From assembly GCA_964494985.1 (NCBI GenBank), contig CAZBUB010000008.1:520-64519 (forward strand): a stretch of DNA of 64,000 nucleotides, written 5' to 3'. Origin of the DNA: an uncultured Desulfohalobiaceae bacterium. Lineage in GTDB: Bacteria > Desulfobacterota > Desulfovibrionia > Desulfovibrionales > Desulfothermaceae. A program made the translations under genes and the position numbers. Below the pieces are notes generated by a model. That model ran no database searches. It saw only the letters and a program-made list of their open reading frames with translations, and had not been told where the DNA came from. Positions 48,263 to 57,427 of the stretch are shown here, one piece after another. The stretch's first letter is position 1, and the number at the start of each line of letters is the position of its first letter.

Positions 48263-49489
48263 TTGGACTTGCAGGAAAGGCAACCCCTAGCAGAGAGGAT
48301 AAGGCCCAAGAGTCTGGATGAATTCGTAGGGCAGGAGCATTTGCAGGAACGCCTGCAGGCTTTGGCCCGGGCCCAGAGACCAAGCAATGTGCTTTTCTAT
48401 GGCCCACCTGGAAGCGGCAAGTCCACTCTGGCATTGATCTTGGCCCGCAGCTATGATCAGGGATTTCTGCGCCTAAGCGCACCTGAGACAGGGCTGGCTG
48501 ATCTGCGCAGGCAGATTGCAGAAATCAAGGTCTTGATTTTGGACGAGATTCACAGGTTCTCCAAGACCCAGCAGGATTTTTTCTTGCCTGTGCTGGAGAC
48601 AGGCTCGCTGATACTTTTGGCCACCACCACAGAAAACCCCTCTTTTAGTGTCACAAATCAACTTTTGTCCAGAATGCATGTTTTACGCCTCAGGGCCTTG
48701 AACAGTTCTGAGCTGGGGTCTGTTCTGACTCATGGGCTGCAGGACCTGGATATGGAGCTCTCCAAGGAGAGCTGTCATCTCTTGATTGCAGCCAGCAGGG
48801 GGGATGCCCGGGTTTTACTGAATTTATTGGAGTATGTGCAAAAGTTGCCCAGGGAAAAGAGAAAGGCCCAGGAGCTTTCCCAGGCCCTGCCAGAGATCAT
48901 GCAGCAGGGGGATAGGGATGGGGATAGCCACTACGAGCTGGCCTCAGCATTGATCAAGTCTATACGGGGTAGTGATCCAGATGCTGCCTTGTACTATCTG
49001 GCAGGTATGCTTGAAGGTGGGGAAGACCCCAGATTCATCTGTCGCAGGTTGATTTTGGCTGCAGCAGAGGATGTGGGTTTAGGGGACCCACAGGCCTTAA
49101 GTCTAGCTGTATCCTGTGCCCAGGCAGTCGAGATGGTAGGCATGCCAGAGGGTTTTATTCCTTTGGCAGAAACGGTCACCTACTTGGCCTTGGCTCCAAA
49201 GAGCAATTCCAGCTACGCAGCCTACCTGGCTGCTCAAAAGGAAGTGCGTGCCCATGGCCTCAAGCCTGTGCCTTTGCATTTGCGCAATGCTGTAACTGCC
49301 CTGCAGAAAAAATGGGGTTATGGACAGGGCTATAAATATCCCCATGCCTATCCAGGCTCCTGGATAGAACAGGAGTATTTACCAGAGGGCCTGACTAACA
49401 GGACATTCTATCAACCCAAGGACCAGGGCCAGGAGCAAAGGCTAAATCTTTGGCTGCGTAACCAACGCAGGAAGTATTCCAAGAAATGA
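48263..49489 (+). CDS. rarA: replication-associated recombination protein A (RarA/MgsA AAA+ ATPase)
   Basis: 408 aa with a TTG start; ..ERIRPKSLDEFVGQEHL..FYGPPGSGKSTLA..LDEIHRF.. plus a MgsA C-terminal domain. Confidence 0.92.
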   Translation: MDLQERQPLAERIRPKSLDEFVGQEHLQERLQALARAQRPSNVLFYGPPGSGKSTLALILARSYDQGFLRLSAPETGLADLRRQIAEIKVLILDEIHRFSKTQQDFFLPVLETGSLILLATTTENPSFSVTNQLLSRMHVLRLRALNSSELGSVLTHGLQDLDMELSKESCHLLIAASRGDARVLLNLLEYVQKLPREKRKAQELSQALPEIMQQGDRDGDSHYELASALIKSIRGSDPDAALYYLAGMLEGGEDPRFICRRLILAAAEDVGLGDPQALSLAVSCAQAVEMVGMPEGFIPLAETVTYLALAPKSNSSYAAYLAAQKEVRAHGLKPVPLHLRNAVTALQKKWGYGQGYKYPHAYPGSWIEQEYLPEGLTNRTFYQPKDQGQEQRLNLWLRNQRRKYSKK

Positions 49490-49498
49490 ATTGCCCGA

Positions 49499-50848
49499 TC
49501 ATTCCTGAAGCTTATGTAATAATTGTTTGGCTGGAGCATATTCCGGATTTATCTCCAAGGCCTTTTGAAAAAAGCCTTTGGCATGCTCCAGTTGGCTGAT
49601 CCGGTAGTAGAGCATGCCAATGTTGTAGCTGACCACCTCATTTTCCAGGTGGAATTCAGGGTTGATTTTAAGCAGCTTAGAGATCATATCCCGGGCCTGT
49701 TTGATCTGGCCAGCCTCCATGTAGGCCATGGAGAGATTGTAAAGGAGCCTTTCATTTTCGCTGGAGATCTCTAGGGCCCTTAAATATTCCTTAATTGCCA
49801 GTTGGGGCTTTTTTTGCTGCCGCAGGCAAATGCCTAATCTGTTGAATGTTTCCACATCTTGAAGGCCCAGCTTGTCTCCTTTGACCTGCAAGGCCTTACG
49901 ATAATACTGCTCAGCAACTTGGTTGTCCAACTGCATTATTCTATCAGCGATCTGCAAAGCCAAGTTACCCAGGTTGTCCCTAGCCTCTTTACTTGCCAGT
50001 TTGATGGCCTCGTTCAAGTATTCCTGTCCTGACTCCCTATTCCCCTGTTCTACGTGAAGGGCGCCTATCTCCACCTTTCTGTCTACATTTAAAGGGCTTA
50101 GCTTGTCTATCTTCAGTAGATACTGCAGCTGCTTTTGATTTTCTTGATTTTGTTGGTAATGTCCAGCCAAGCGCTTTAAGGGTTCAAGATAAAGCATGGA
50201 GTTTTGATGGGCTGTTTTGTATTCAGCTATAGCCTTTTCGCGTTCCCCCATCTTGCTATAGATGTCGCCTCGTACCATGCAGGCTGCGGCAGAATTGGGC
50301 TTCATGTTCAGAACTTCATTACAGGTGCTCAGGGCCTGCTCTAGAAAGCCTCTCTCCATCTGGCTTTTGGCTTTGTCCAACAGCTCTCCAATTTTGCTTT
50401 GAGGCCTTAAGGTGAAGGCAATTTTTTCTACCAGGGTATTCATGCTCAGGGGCTTGGTGATAAAGTTGTCCACACCAAGCTCATACAGGCGGACCAAAGC
50501 AGCCTTTTCTACTTCATTGGTAAGCACTATAAGGCGTACATTCTTATAAGCAGCCTTGATCGCACTTATAAATTCCTGAGTGGAATGTCCAGAAAATACC
50601 CTTTCTGCAAACAGGATTACTTCCTGTTTGGACTTCAAGGTCTTTTGCAAGGAGTTGTGAATGTCCTGTTGCTGGAAGAAGTAGGTGATACAGTTTTTCT
50701 GCACTGCCAGCTGCTTATTAAGCAGCCGATGCAAGAGATGCTGAAAGTTATTGTCTGTAGTATAGGTGTAGAATACACCTTGATTGTTGATAAAATTCAG
50801 AACAGTGTCTTCATACTGGCTGAACTTGGCTTTGGGCTGCAAGGCCAT
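49499..50848 (-). CDS. receiver-like domain + TPR-repeat protein
   Basis: 449 aa. The N-terminal ~150 aa are CheY-like (..LIVLTNE..NFITKPL..), but the acceptor Asp appears to be replaced. The C-terminal ~300 aa are TPR repeats. Confidence 0.75.
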   Translation of the reverse strand: MALQPKAKFSQYEDTVLNFINNQGVFYTYTTDNNFQHLLHRLLNKQLAVQKNCITYFFQQQDIHNSLQKTLKSKQEVILFAERVFSGHSTQEFISAIKAAYKNVRLIVLTNEVEKAALVRLYELGVDNFITKPLSMNTLVEKIAFTLRPQSKIGELLDKAKSQMERGFLEQALSTCNEVLNMKPNSAAACMVRGDIYSKMGEREKAIAEYKTAHQNSMLYLEPLKRLAGHYQQNQENQKQLQYLLKIDKLSPLNVDRKVEIGALHVEQGNRESGQEYLNEAIKLASKEARDNLGNLALQIADRIMQLDNQVAEQYYRKALQVKGDKLGLQDVETFNRLGICLRQQKKPQLAIKEYLRALEISSENERLLYNLSMAYMEAGQIKQARDMISKLLKINPEFHLENEVVSYNIGMLYYRISQLEHAKGFFQKALEINPEYAPAKQLLHKLQE

Positions 50849-50891
50849 ACTAAGAATTCCTGCTAGTTGCTCTGTTCAGAGGCTAGGCGCT

Positions 50892-52049
50892 TTAAATTTG
50901 GGCACAAATAAGCGTGCTGAACTCTTGGCATCCCACTTGGGTGGCTTCAGGCATCATCCTGGCTAGATCCCCGGTAACTCGGCCAGAGGAAATAGCCTTT
51001 GCCAGTCCAGAAACCACCATCTCTGCTGCTTCCTGCCAGCCTATATGCTCCAGGAGCATTGCCCCGGAAAGGATCAAGCTGCCTGGGTTAGCACTATCTG
51101 TACCTGCCCTGCCAGGCACACTGCCATGGGTAGGCTCAAACAGGGCCAAGTTATCTCCGATATTAGCCCCTGGAGCCAGTCCCAGCCCGCCCACTTGGGC
51201 AGCCAGCGCATCCGAGAGATAGTCCCCGTTGAGATTGGTGGTAGCGATTACATGGTATTCGCTGGGCCTGGTCAGGACTTGCTGGAACATGTTGTCCGCA
51301 ATGCGGTTTTTGACCAGGAGTTGATTTGGTTGTCCGGCCTGTTGATCTTCTTCCAGGATATATTTGCCAGTAAATTCTTCCTGCAATACCTCATACCCCC
51401 AGCGCATGAAGGCCCCTTCAGTGAATTTCATGATGTTGCCTTTATGCATCAAGGTCAGGCTGGGCTTGTTTTTGTCCAGAGCATATTCCACTGCCTTGCG
51501 CACCAGCCTTTTGGAGCATTTTGCAGAAATGGGCTTAATGCCTATTCCGCTGGGGGGGGTTATGTCTGCTTGCAACTCGTCTCGCAAAAATTCGATTAGC
51601 TTTAGGGACTCTGGGCTGTCTGCCTGCCATTCCAAGCCTGCGTAAACATCTTCTGTGTTCTCCCTGAAAACTACCATATCTACCTGCTCCGGATGCTTAA
51701 CAGGTGTCTGCAGCCCAGCAAAGTGCCGTATTGGACGAATGCAGGCGTACAAGTCGAAGATCTGGCGCAAGGTGACATTTAGGCTGCGGAATCCCTCGCC
51801 AACAGGGGTCGTTAAAGGTCCTTTTATGGCCACATCTGCCTGTTTCTGCAAGGTGTCCAGGGTCTGTCGGGGCAAATATTCCCCGGTTTCAAGCTTGGCT
51901 TTTTCGCCAGCCAAAAGCTCTCGCCAGTCCAGCTCCATTTGACCTTTGTATGCGCTTTGCACCGCCTGGTCCAGAACCAGCTGCATGGCCTTGGTTATTT
52001 CTGGGCCTATACCATCGCCTTCTATGTAATAGACCTTTTTTTTGACCAT
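50892..52049 (-). CDS. icd: isocitrate dehydrogenase (NADP-type, homodimeric family)
   Basis: 385 aa; ..YIEGDGIGPEI.., ..NLNGDYLSDALAAQVGGLGLAPGANIG.. fit IDH. Confidence 0.9.
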   Translation of the reverse strand: MVKKKVYYIEGDGIGPEITKAMQLVLDQAVQSAYKGQMELDWRELLAGEKAKLETGEYLPRQTLDTLQKQADVAIKGPLTTPVGEGFRSLNVTLRQIFDLYACIRPIRHFAGLQTPVKHPEQVDMVVFRENTEDVYAGLEWQADSPESLKLIEFLRDELQADITPPSGIGIKPISAKCSKRLVRKAVEYALDKNKPSLTLMHKGNIMKFTEGAFMRWGYEVLQEEFTGKYILEEDQQAGQPNQLLVKNRIADNMFQQVLTRPSEYHVIATTNLNGDYLSDALAAQVGGLGLAPGANIGDNLALFEPTHGSVPGRAGTDSANPGSLILSGAMLLEHIGWQEAAEMVVSGLAKAISSGRVTGDLARMMPEATQVGCQEFSTLICAQI

Positions 52050-52224
52050 TGCTGCTCCTTTGCGTACATTTATTGCAAATCGTTTCTATGCGCTGCCTGG
52101 TATGGTCACCGCTGCGGTATATTTATTTACCTGAATTTGATTGCTTTGGCAATTTCGTTAAGTGTACAGAATGAAAATTTATGAGCTGTTATAGATCCTG
52201 AAGCTGAGAACAGGAGGAAATCCC

Positions 52225-52620
52225 ATGCAAGAGCAGATAAATTTGCAGGAGTGGAATTTGTTGCAGGCCCTGCAGGAGAGGGCTGCCAAGATAAGACAGC
52301 TTGAGGCCCAGGCTGAGGACTATCTGGAAAAAAAGGATGTTGCCAGCTATAAGGAGCTGCTGCAGCAAAAGGCAGAGATTTTAGAGAATATATCCCAAGA
52401 GCTGGAGCCTTGGGTCAGCTTGGAGCTTGCTCAAGAGCCTACATTGCTGCAGGAAGTACTAGCTCATTTGCAGGGCTTTTCCCAGAGGGCTGCCCAAGCC
52501 TTGGAGCTAGGAAGTGTGTTTTTTATGCGTATGCTTCTGTATCCTGAGGATTATATTCAGGGACAACCCAACGATCTGGAAAAGTTTCTGTCTGATCTGG
52601 AAAAGCGGCTAGGACAATAA
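52225..52620 (+). CDS. hypothetical protein, 131 aa
   Basis: A good AGGAGG SD lies 7 nt upstream. The protein is helical and Q/E/L-rich with no recognisable family. Confidence 0.55.
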   Translation: MQEQINLQEWNLLQALQERAAKIRQLEAQAEDYLEKKDVASYKELLQQKAEILENISQELEPWVSLELAQEPTLLQEVLAHLQGFSQRAAQALELGSVFFMRMLLYPEDYIQGQPNDLEKFLSDLEKRLGQ

Positions 52621-52631
52621 GCACCTGAAAG

Positions 52632-52673
52632 AGAACCCCTTGGCCTGGTATAAGCACAGGCTCAAGGGGTTCT
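52632..52673. terminator. Bidirectional stem-loop between convergent genes (hypothetical / acsE)
   Basis: AGAACCCCTTG..(20-nt loop)..CAAGGGGTTCT forms an 11-bp perfect stem. There are no long T-tracts, so terminator function is inferred. Confidence 0.5.
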
Positions 52674-52699
52674 TGAGGTCTTAAATCCGAACTTAGGGA

Positions 52700-53581
52700 C
52701 TATAGCTCCAGCCAGGAGTCAGAGTACAGGGATTTGCCCAGCAGGACCTTTGCGGTTTTGACATAGTCCGCCATTTCCTGGGACAGGCTGCTTAGATCTG
52801 GAATATTGCCGTCCATAGTGGCATGGATGACTTCCTCGATATCCTGGCGCTTGTCCTTGGCTATATCATTTAAGATTTCATCCCTGGGGTCGGTGATGAT
52901 GGAGGCCATTCCATATCGCTTGAGCATCACTGTATAGGTCTGGTTCAAAATAGGCCGCAGGTGATCAGGCGGGCCGTTGGATATATTGGACAGCCCGCAA
53001 GTGCTTTTGGCGCCTGGTGCAATATCCGGCAGCATCTCATAGAATCGCAGGACCTGTACTGCATCGTCCTGCTGCACATTGACCGGGGTGACTATTGCGT
53101 CCACCCAGATCTTTTCATTGGGGATCCCAGCCTCGTTTGCTGCATACAGAAGCTCCACAGCAAGGGCGGCGCGTTCATTCTCGTCTCTGGGCAGGCCTTC
53201 TGGCCCCCACATCAAGGCCACAAAGTCGGCGCCGTGCTCAGCCACCATGGGCAGCATCTGTTCATACCTCTCCGGCCTGCACATAATGGAATTCACAATA
53301 GGGGTCTTGTTGCAGACCTTCAGGCCGGCTTCAATTGCCGCGATATTGGAAGTATCCAGAAGTAAGGGCAGATCCACCACTTCCTGCACTGTTTCTACCA
53401 CCCAGGGCATGAGCTCTTGACCGTCCTTTTTGGCCGGGCCCAGGTTGATATCGATATAATCCATGCCCTTTTCTTTCTGTAATAGGGCCTCTTCCTGGAT
53501 AGGCTTAGGATCGCGTTCCTTAAAGGCCTTTTTTATCTTGGTGGCCATTACATTCAGGCTTTCCCCGAAAAGTAGCATCAT
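52700..53581 (-). CDS. acsE: methyltetrahydrofolate:corrinoid/iron-sulfur protein methyltransferase AcsE
   Basis: 293 aa. It aligns by eye along its length with the Moorella-type AcsE pterin-binding barrel (..DINLGPA.., ..LLDTSN..AIEAGLK.., ..GLSN.S..). Confidence 0.9.
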   Translation of the reverse strand: MMLLFGESLNVMATKIKKAFKERDPKPIQEEALLQKEKGMDYIDINLGPAKKDGQELMPWVVETVQEVVDLPLLLDTSNIAAIEAGLKVCNKTPIVNSIMCRPERYEQMLPMVAEHGADFVALMWGPEGLPRDENERAALAVELLYAANEAGIPNEKIWVDAIVTPVNVQQDDAVQVLRFYEMLPDIAPGAKSTCGLSNISNGPPDHLRPILNQTYTVMLKRYGMASIITDPRDEILNDIAKDKRQDIEEVIHATMDGNIPDLSSLSQEMADYVKTAKVLLGKSLYSDSWLEL

Positions 53582-53664
53582 ATTGTATAACCTCTCCTGT
53601 TTTTTGGATTTCGTACCTTGCGCTCAGTTTGGTGCTCGAGCTCTTATGCCAAAGCGTTAGGCTG

Positions 53665-55008
53665 CTATCGTTTGCCCTTGAGAAAGGCTGGGATATGTGC
53701 TGCTTCCCTGGGGCCTACTGTGATCTTCCAGTCCGGAAGCTCCTCTTCGATTTCTCCAACAATGGCTGCTGCGTAACCGGGGATAATCAGCTCCTTGTTC
53801 GCTATTTTGTCTGCAATCCCAGACTTTTTCACAAACATGCCCACGTCATCGCCTGAGAATTTGCCTGCAGCCCAGGCAGTGAGCACGGACAGACCTTCGG
53901 AGTCTTTGATCAATAACCAGCTGGGTACCTTGCTGCCCTCTATCTCGCCGGCAACAATGAAGTAAGTTAAGGCGAAGTTGGTGGTGATCAGGACTGGGGA
54001 GTTCTCATCCGGCTTACCCAGCTCATAGATGCCCTCGGTCACAGTCATCGGCCGCTGCGGATCCGTAAAGATGTTCAGCCGCTCCAGCAGCAGCGAGAAC
54101 AGGGTTTCGGCAGTAAAGTCAGAGAGCACAATCACAGAGGCGTACTTGGCTATGAACATGCTGGCGATCAGGCTCTCTATTTCCAGATTGGAGGCCATTT
54201 CGCAGGGGAAGGCAATGGTGGGGAAGCCTACGGACTTATTCTTGGCTCGCAGGGCTGCCCTGCGGATGCCCACCTGATCCTGAAAGCATTGCTTGATTTC
54301 CCTGGAGCCACTGTCCAGAACCAAGTCCTTGAGGCCCATCTCGGTCAATTTATCTGTCAGCTCTGGCAGCTTGTCCACAGACTCGGCCTTGACTGCCAAA
54401 GGCAGATCATTGTCCTTGGCCAACTGGCCGAAATCCTCTATATTGTTCTCATTCGCTGCATAGATCAGGGGGCGTTTGAAGCCGCAGGCCTCAATCCCGG
54501 CCTGCATGACGTCCTTGTCCTCGCTCATCAGGATCAGATTGAACTCCGAGCTCTCTGCAATAAGCTTGGCTTTGGCCGCAAAAGCCTCCTTGTCCTGGTT
54601 GGCGTCCTTGAGGGCCACCATCTCAGGCCTTAGATTGTAGCCTACCCTCTCGAACTGAAAAGCATTCCAAACTTTCAGCTTGTTTTTGACGTCTTCTTCA
54701 TCATGGTCAGAGGCTATAACTGCAGCCAGTGCCGGGGGATTATAGAAGGTTTTCTCGTGGCGGTATTCCACTAATTCTCCGCCCACTGTTTTAGCTCTGA
54801 CTCCTTTGCCCACCTTGACCGGTCTGATAGGCGGGGCAGAGGCTTCAGCCAGCTTCTCCCTGGCTTCATCAGAGACGTAGGGACAATCGTCCAGCTCCGC
54901 CTTGCCTGCTGCCAGATTCATGGCAAAGGCCAGGCAGGTGGCAGCCCCACACTCCTTGCAGTTGGTCTGCGGAAGCAGTTTGAAAATCTGAATTCCTGTC
55001 AATCCCAT
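53665..55008 (-). CDS. acsC: corrinoid iron-sulfur protein large subunit AcsC (CdhE-like)
   Basis: 447 aa. N-terminal [4Fe-4S] motif CKECGAATC..x16..C, and a size equal to known AcsC. AAGGAG SD. Confidence 0.92.
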   Translation of the reverse strand: MGLTGIQIFKLLPQTNCKECGAATCLAFAMNLAAGKAELDDCPYVSDEAREKLAEASAPPIRPVKVGKGVRAKTVGGELVEYRHEKTFYNPPALAAVIASDHDEEDVKNKLKVWNAFQFERVGYNLRPEMVALKDANQDKEAFAAKAKLIAESSEFNLILMSEDKDVMQAGIEACGFKRPLIYAANENNIEDFGQLAKDNDLPLAVKAESVDKLPELTDKLTEMGLKDLVLDSGSREIKQCFQDQVGIRRAALRAKNKSVGFPTIAFPCEMASNLEIESLIASMFIAKYASVIVLSDFTAETLFSLLLERLNIFTDPQRPMTVTEGIYELGKPDENSPVLITTNFALTYFIVAGEIEGSKVPSWLLIKDSEGLSVLTAWAAGKFSGDDVGMFVKKSGIADKIANKELIIPGYAAAIVGEIEEELPDWKITVGPREAAHIPAFLKGKR

Positions 55009-55136
55009 ATATTACTCCTTTTCCTAGGTATGTAGTCTGCGGCTTGCAGGGATTTTTCTCTGAAAAGTTGCACAGGCTTAAAGATCAGGCCCGAACCTGC
55101 ATTGTAGGCCCGGGCCTGGACATTATCTCTTAAACC

Positions 55137-57371
55137 TTAGCCCATAATAGGCTCCAGCTCCAAGGCCGGATGCTTCTTCTCCTTCAAAAAGGGCATGATC
55201 TCGTCCTCGGTGGTGCCCACGGTTTCGTCCGCGATCTTGTCGTAAAGATCAGGATAGCCAAGCTCTTTGGCCCTTGCATCCAACCTGTCCTTGATCTCCT
55301 CCTTGAGGCCTTTGGGCATCCAGACTATGCGCAGCAGCCCGCCTTCCTCCAAGTCGCTGGGACCTTCAGCACGGATGAACTTGCGCTGGGTGATGTTGAA
55401 CTTGGAGTGGCCAACAAAACCCGGGCTCTGGGCACCGCCGCCCACGGTCCCGGCCAGGGTGGTAAAGCGCATGCCGCAGGGGGTGTCCCCTGTATAGTCC
55501 CTGTGCACGGTCATGACCCCATTGCAGGAGGGCAAAACAGCAGCCACGCATTCGCAGCAGCCACAGGTGGTCATGGGATCGTGCACAATGGAGTAGAAGT
55601 TGTAGTGGGTGACCCCGCCCTTGGAGGCCTTGTACACAAAGTCATTGACCCCTTTCCATTGACCGCGTCTGGTATCCAGACATTCGCCTTTTTCCACGGG
55701 CTGGTTGGGTCCAGTGGGGTTGATCTCAAAGGAGGCCCGGCAGTCCATCCAGTTATAGGCCCCGCAGAGCCCGGTTCGCTCAGGGCTCACGGTGCAGACG
55801 TGGTTGGGAGCGAAGGACTGGCACAGGGTGCAGGAGTAGTAGGTCTCCACATTCTCGTCGCGCATGTTCTCAACGCGCTCGTCGCGGGATTTGTACTCTT
55901 TCCTGGCCCATTCGGTGAGCTTGTCCACATCTTCCTGCTTGGTATACAGAGTGACCTGGACCTTGTCCAGGATCTTGCCGAAATCCTGGTGGAACTTGGC
56001 GTGCAGGACCACCCCGATATCCTTCAGGGTGAAGCCCTTTTCCACTGCAGCCTTACCCACCCGGATCCAGGAGATATCCCTCTGCCCGATGTGCATCACG
56101 CCCTGGATGTAGTTGCAGAGGTGGTGGATTTGCCTTTCCAGGATAGGCTCGAAGTCCTCCTGGAATTCTCTGCCAGCTACCTGGACAAAGATACCCAGGG
56201 GCAAGGTGGCTCCTTCCTTGACATCAGAGATGTCCGGGCCTACGACTTCCACTTTGCCGTCCTCGATCTGGTTCATGTCAGCCATTTTGGTCAGTTCAGT
56301 GCATTGGGTCTTGCCTCCGCCCATCTGCATGAACAGGTCTGCCTTGCGGATGCGCTCTCCTTCATAGGCAGGACCGAAGGCGCAGGGTATGTCAATCTGG
56401 GTCACGGTGACCTTGAGGCCCCTGACCTCAATGGATTTGGCCACCAGCTGATCGTGGGGTACATTGCCCACCACGTGCTCGTAGGTGCAGACCCCTGTGG
56501 GCAGGATTTCCGGGATATCAGTGTCTGCGATAGTGGGGAAGCCCCAGTTCACGCAGCCTGCAGCAGCTGCTGCCCATTCTGCGTTGACCTCGCCCAGGGC
56601 GTTGACAAAGGCGAATATCCGGTTCTTGTTGTACAAAAGCAGCTTCTTGTAGTCGCCGGGCTCCAGGCCGCCGAAGGCCATGGCTGCCCTGTTGGCAAAA
56701 CCCAGGGCAAATACGGCGGAGGAGATATCCGGACCAAAGGGCACAATCCTGGTGTTCCAGCCGATCTGGACTCCTGCCTGCAACAGCTGTTCTGCGCAGG
56801 TGGTGCCAAATTGATTCGCTGCCAGAAAGATATACAGACCCTTTTGCTGATAGTCCTCCACGATCATTTTGGCTGTTTCTGGGTCCGGAGCCGCGCCTAC
56901 AATAGCGGCAAATCCCGGGGCGGAACCATCCACGAACTCCACGCCCCTTTTGCGGAAGACCACGTCATCTGCAGCACCCAGCCAGATTTTGCCCTGGTCT
57001 TCATCGATCTCTTCAGAATGAAAGTAAAAGTCGGGTTGTTCCAGGTAGCGAAGGGCCTCCTGGATCTCAAACGCGAACAATGTGGCCATGCCAGCGTCCA
57101 GCAAGGGCCCGAGATAAGGAACATGATTCACAGATTTCAGATGTGGGGGCAAAAGCCCTTTACAGAAATCCAGGGGCTTTTGCATGTCTTCCAGGGTTTC
57201 CACCTTGTGTCCGGTCAAGGAATATATGACAGGCAGATAATAGGCAGTGTTGGGAAACCCTACCTCGGTGCTGGCGCTGTACGTTTCCAAGGCCTTTTTG
57301 TACTGGCCCTCAGCCTTAGAAATCACGTTGTATGCGCCTTGTATGGCAGCGAAGGCAACTAATTTGGACAT
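55137..57371 (-). CDS. acsB: acetyl-CoA synthase catalytic subunit AcsB (A-cluster subunit)
   Basis: 744 aa. Cluster ligands are present: ..CTLCQSFAPNHVCTVSPERTGLCG.. and ..TTCGCCE.. (Cys-Gly-Cys). Confidence 0.95.
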   Translation of the reverse strand: MSKLVAFAAIQGAYNVISKAEGQYKKALETYSASTEVGFPNTAYYLPVIYSLTGHKVETLEDMQKPLDFCKGLLPPHLKSVNHVPYLGPLLDAGMATLFAFEIQEALRYLEQPDFYFHSEEIDEDQGKIWLGAADDVVFRKRGVEFVDGSAPGFAAIVGAAPDPETAKMIVEDYQQKGLYIFLAANQFGTTCAEQLLQAGVQIGWNTRIVPFGPDISSAVFALGFANRAAMAFGGLEPGDYKKLLLYNKNRIFAFVNALGEVNAEWAAAAAGCVNWGFPTIADTDIPEILPTGVCTYEHVVGNVPHDQLVAKSIEVRGLKVTVTQIDIPCAFGPAYEGERIRKADLFMQMGGGKTQCTELTKMADMNQIEDGKVEVVGPDISDVKEGATLPLGIFVQVAGREFQEDFEPILERQIHHLCNYIQGVMHIGQRDISWIRVGKAAVEKGFTLKDIGVVLHAKFHQDFGKILDKVQVTLYTKQEDVDKLTEWARKEYKSRDERVENMRDENVETYYSCTLCQSFAPNHVCTVSPERTGLCGAYNWMDCRASFEINPTGPNQPVEKGECLDTRRGQWKGVNDFVYKASKGGVTHYNFYSIVHDPMTTCGCCECVAAVLPSCNGVMTVHRDYTGDTPCGMRFTTLAGTVGGGAQSPGFVGHSKFNITQRKFIRAEGPSDLEEGGLLRIVWMPKGLKEEIKDRLDARAKELGYPDLYDKIADETVGTTEDEIMPFLKEKKHPALELEPIMG

Positions 57372-57427
57372 ATTCTACTCCCCTTTTTTTAAGGTTTTGT
57401 GTTGATCCAGATGGAATGCTGAAAATG

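Noticed and set aside
51552-51559. G8/C8 homopolymer runs inside coding regions as possible phase-variation tracts: icd 51552-51559 and RACo 60515-60522.
   Set aside because: They encode Pro-Pro in frame within conserved housekeeping or metabolic genes. There are no paralogous contingency-locus features.
55170-57362. A 730-aa stop-free ORF on the + strand, antisense to almost the whole of acsB.
   Set aside because: It is in the codon-aligned antisense frame: both frames start at coordinates divisible by 3. It therefore only requires that acsB avoids TTA, CTA and TCA codons, as expected for a codon-biased, highly expressed gene. The translation (..GGAHGFVRDLVV..) is low-complexity and not protein-like, while the sense strand is unmistakably AcsB. 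It is a shadow ORF.
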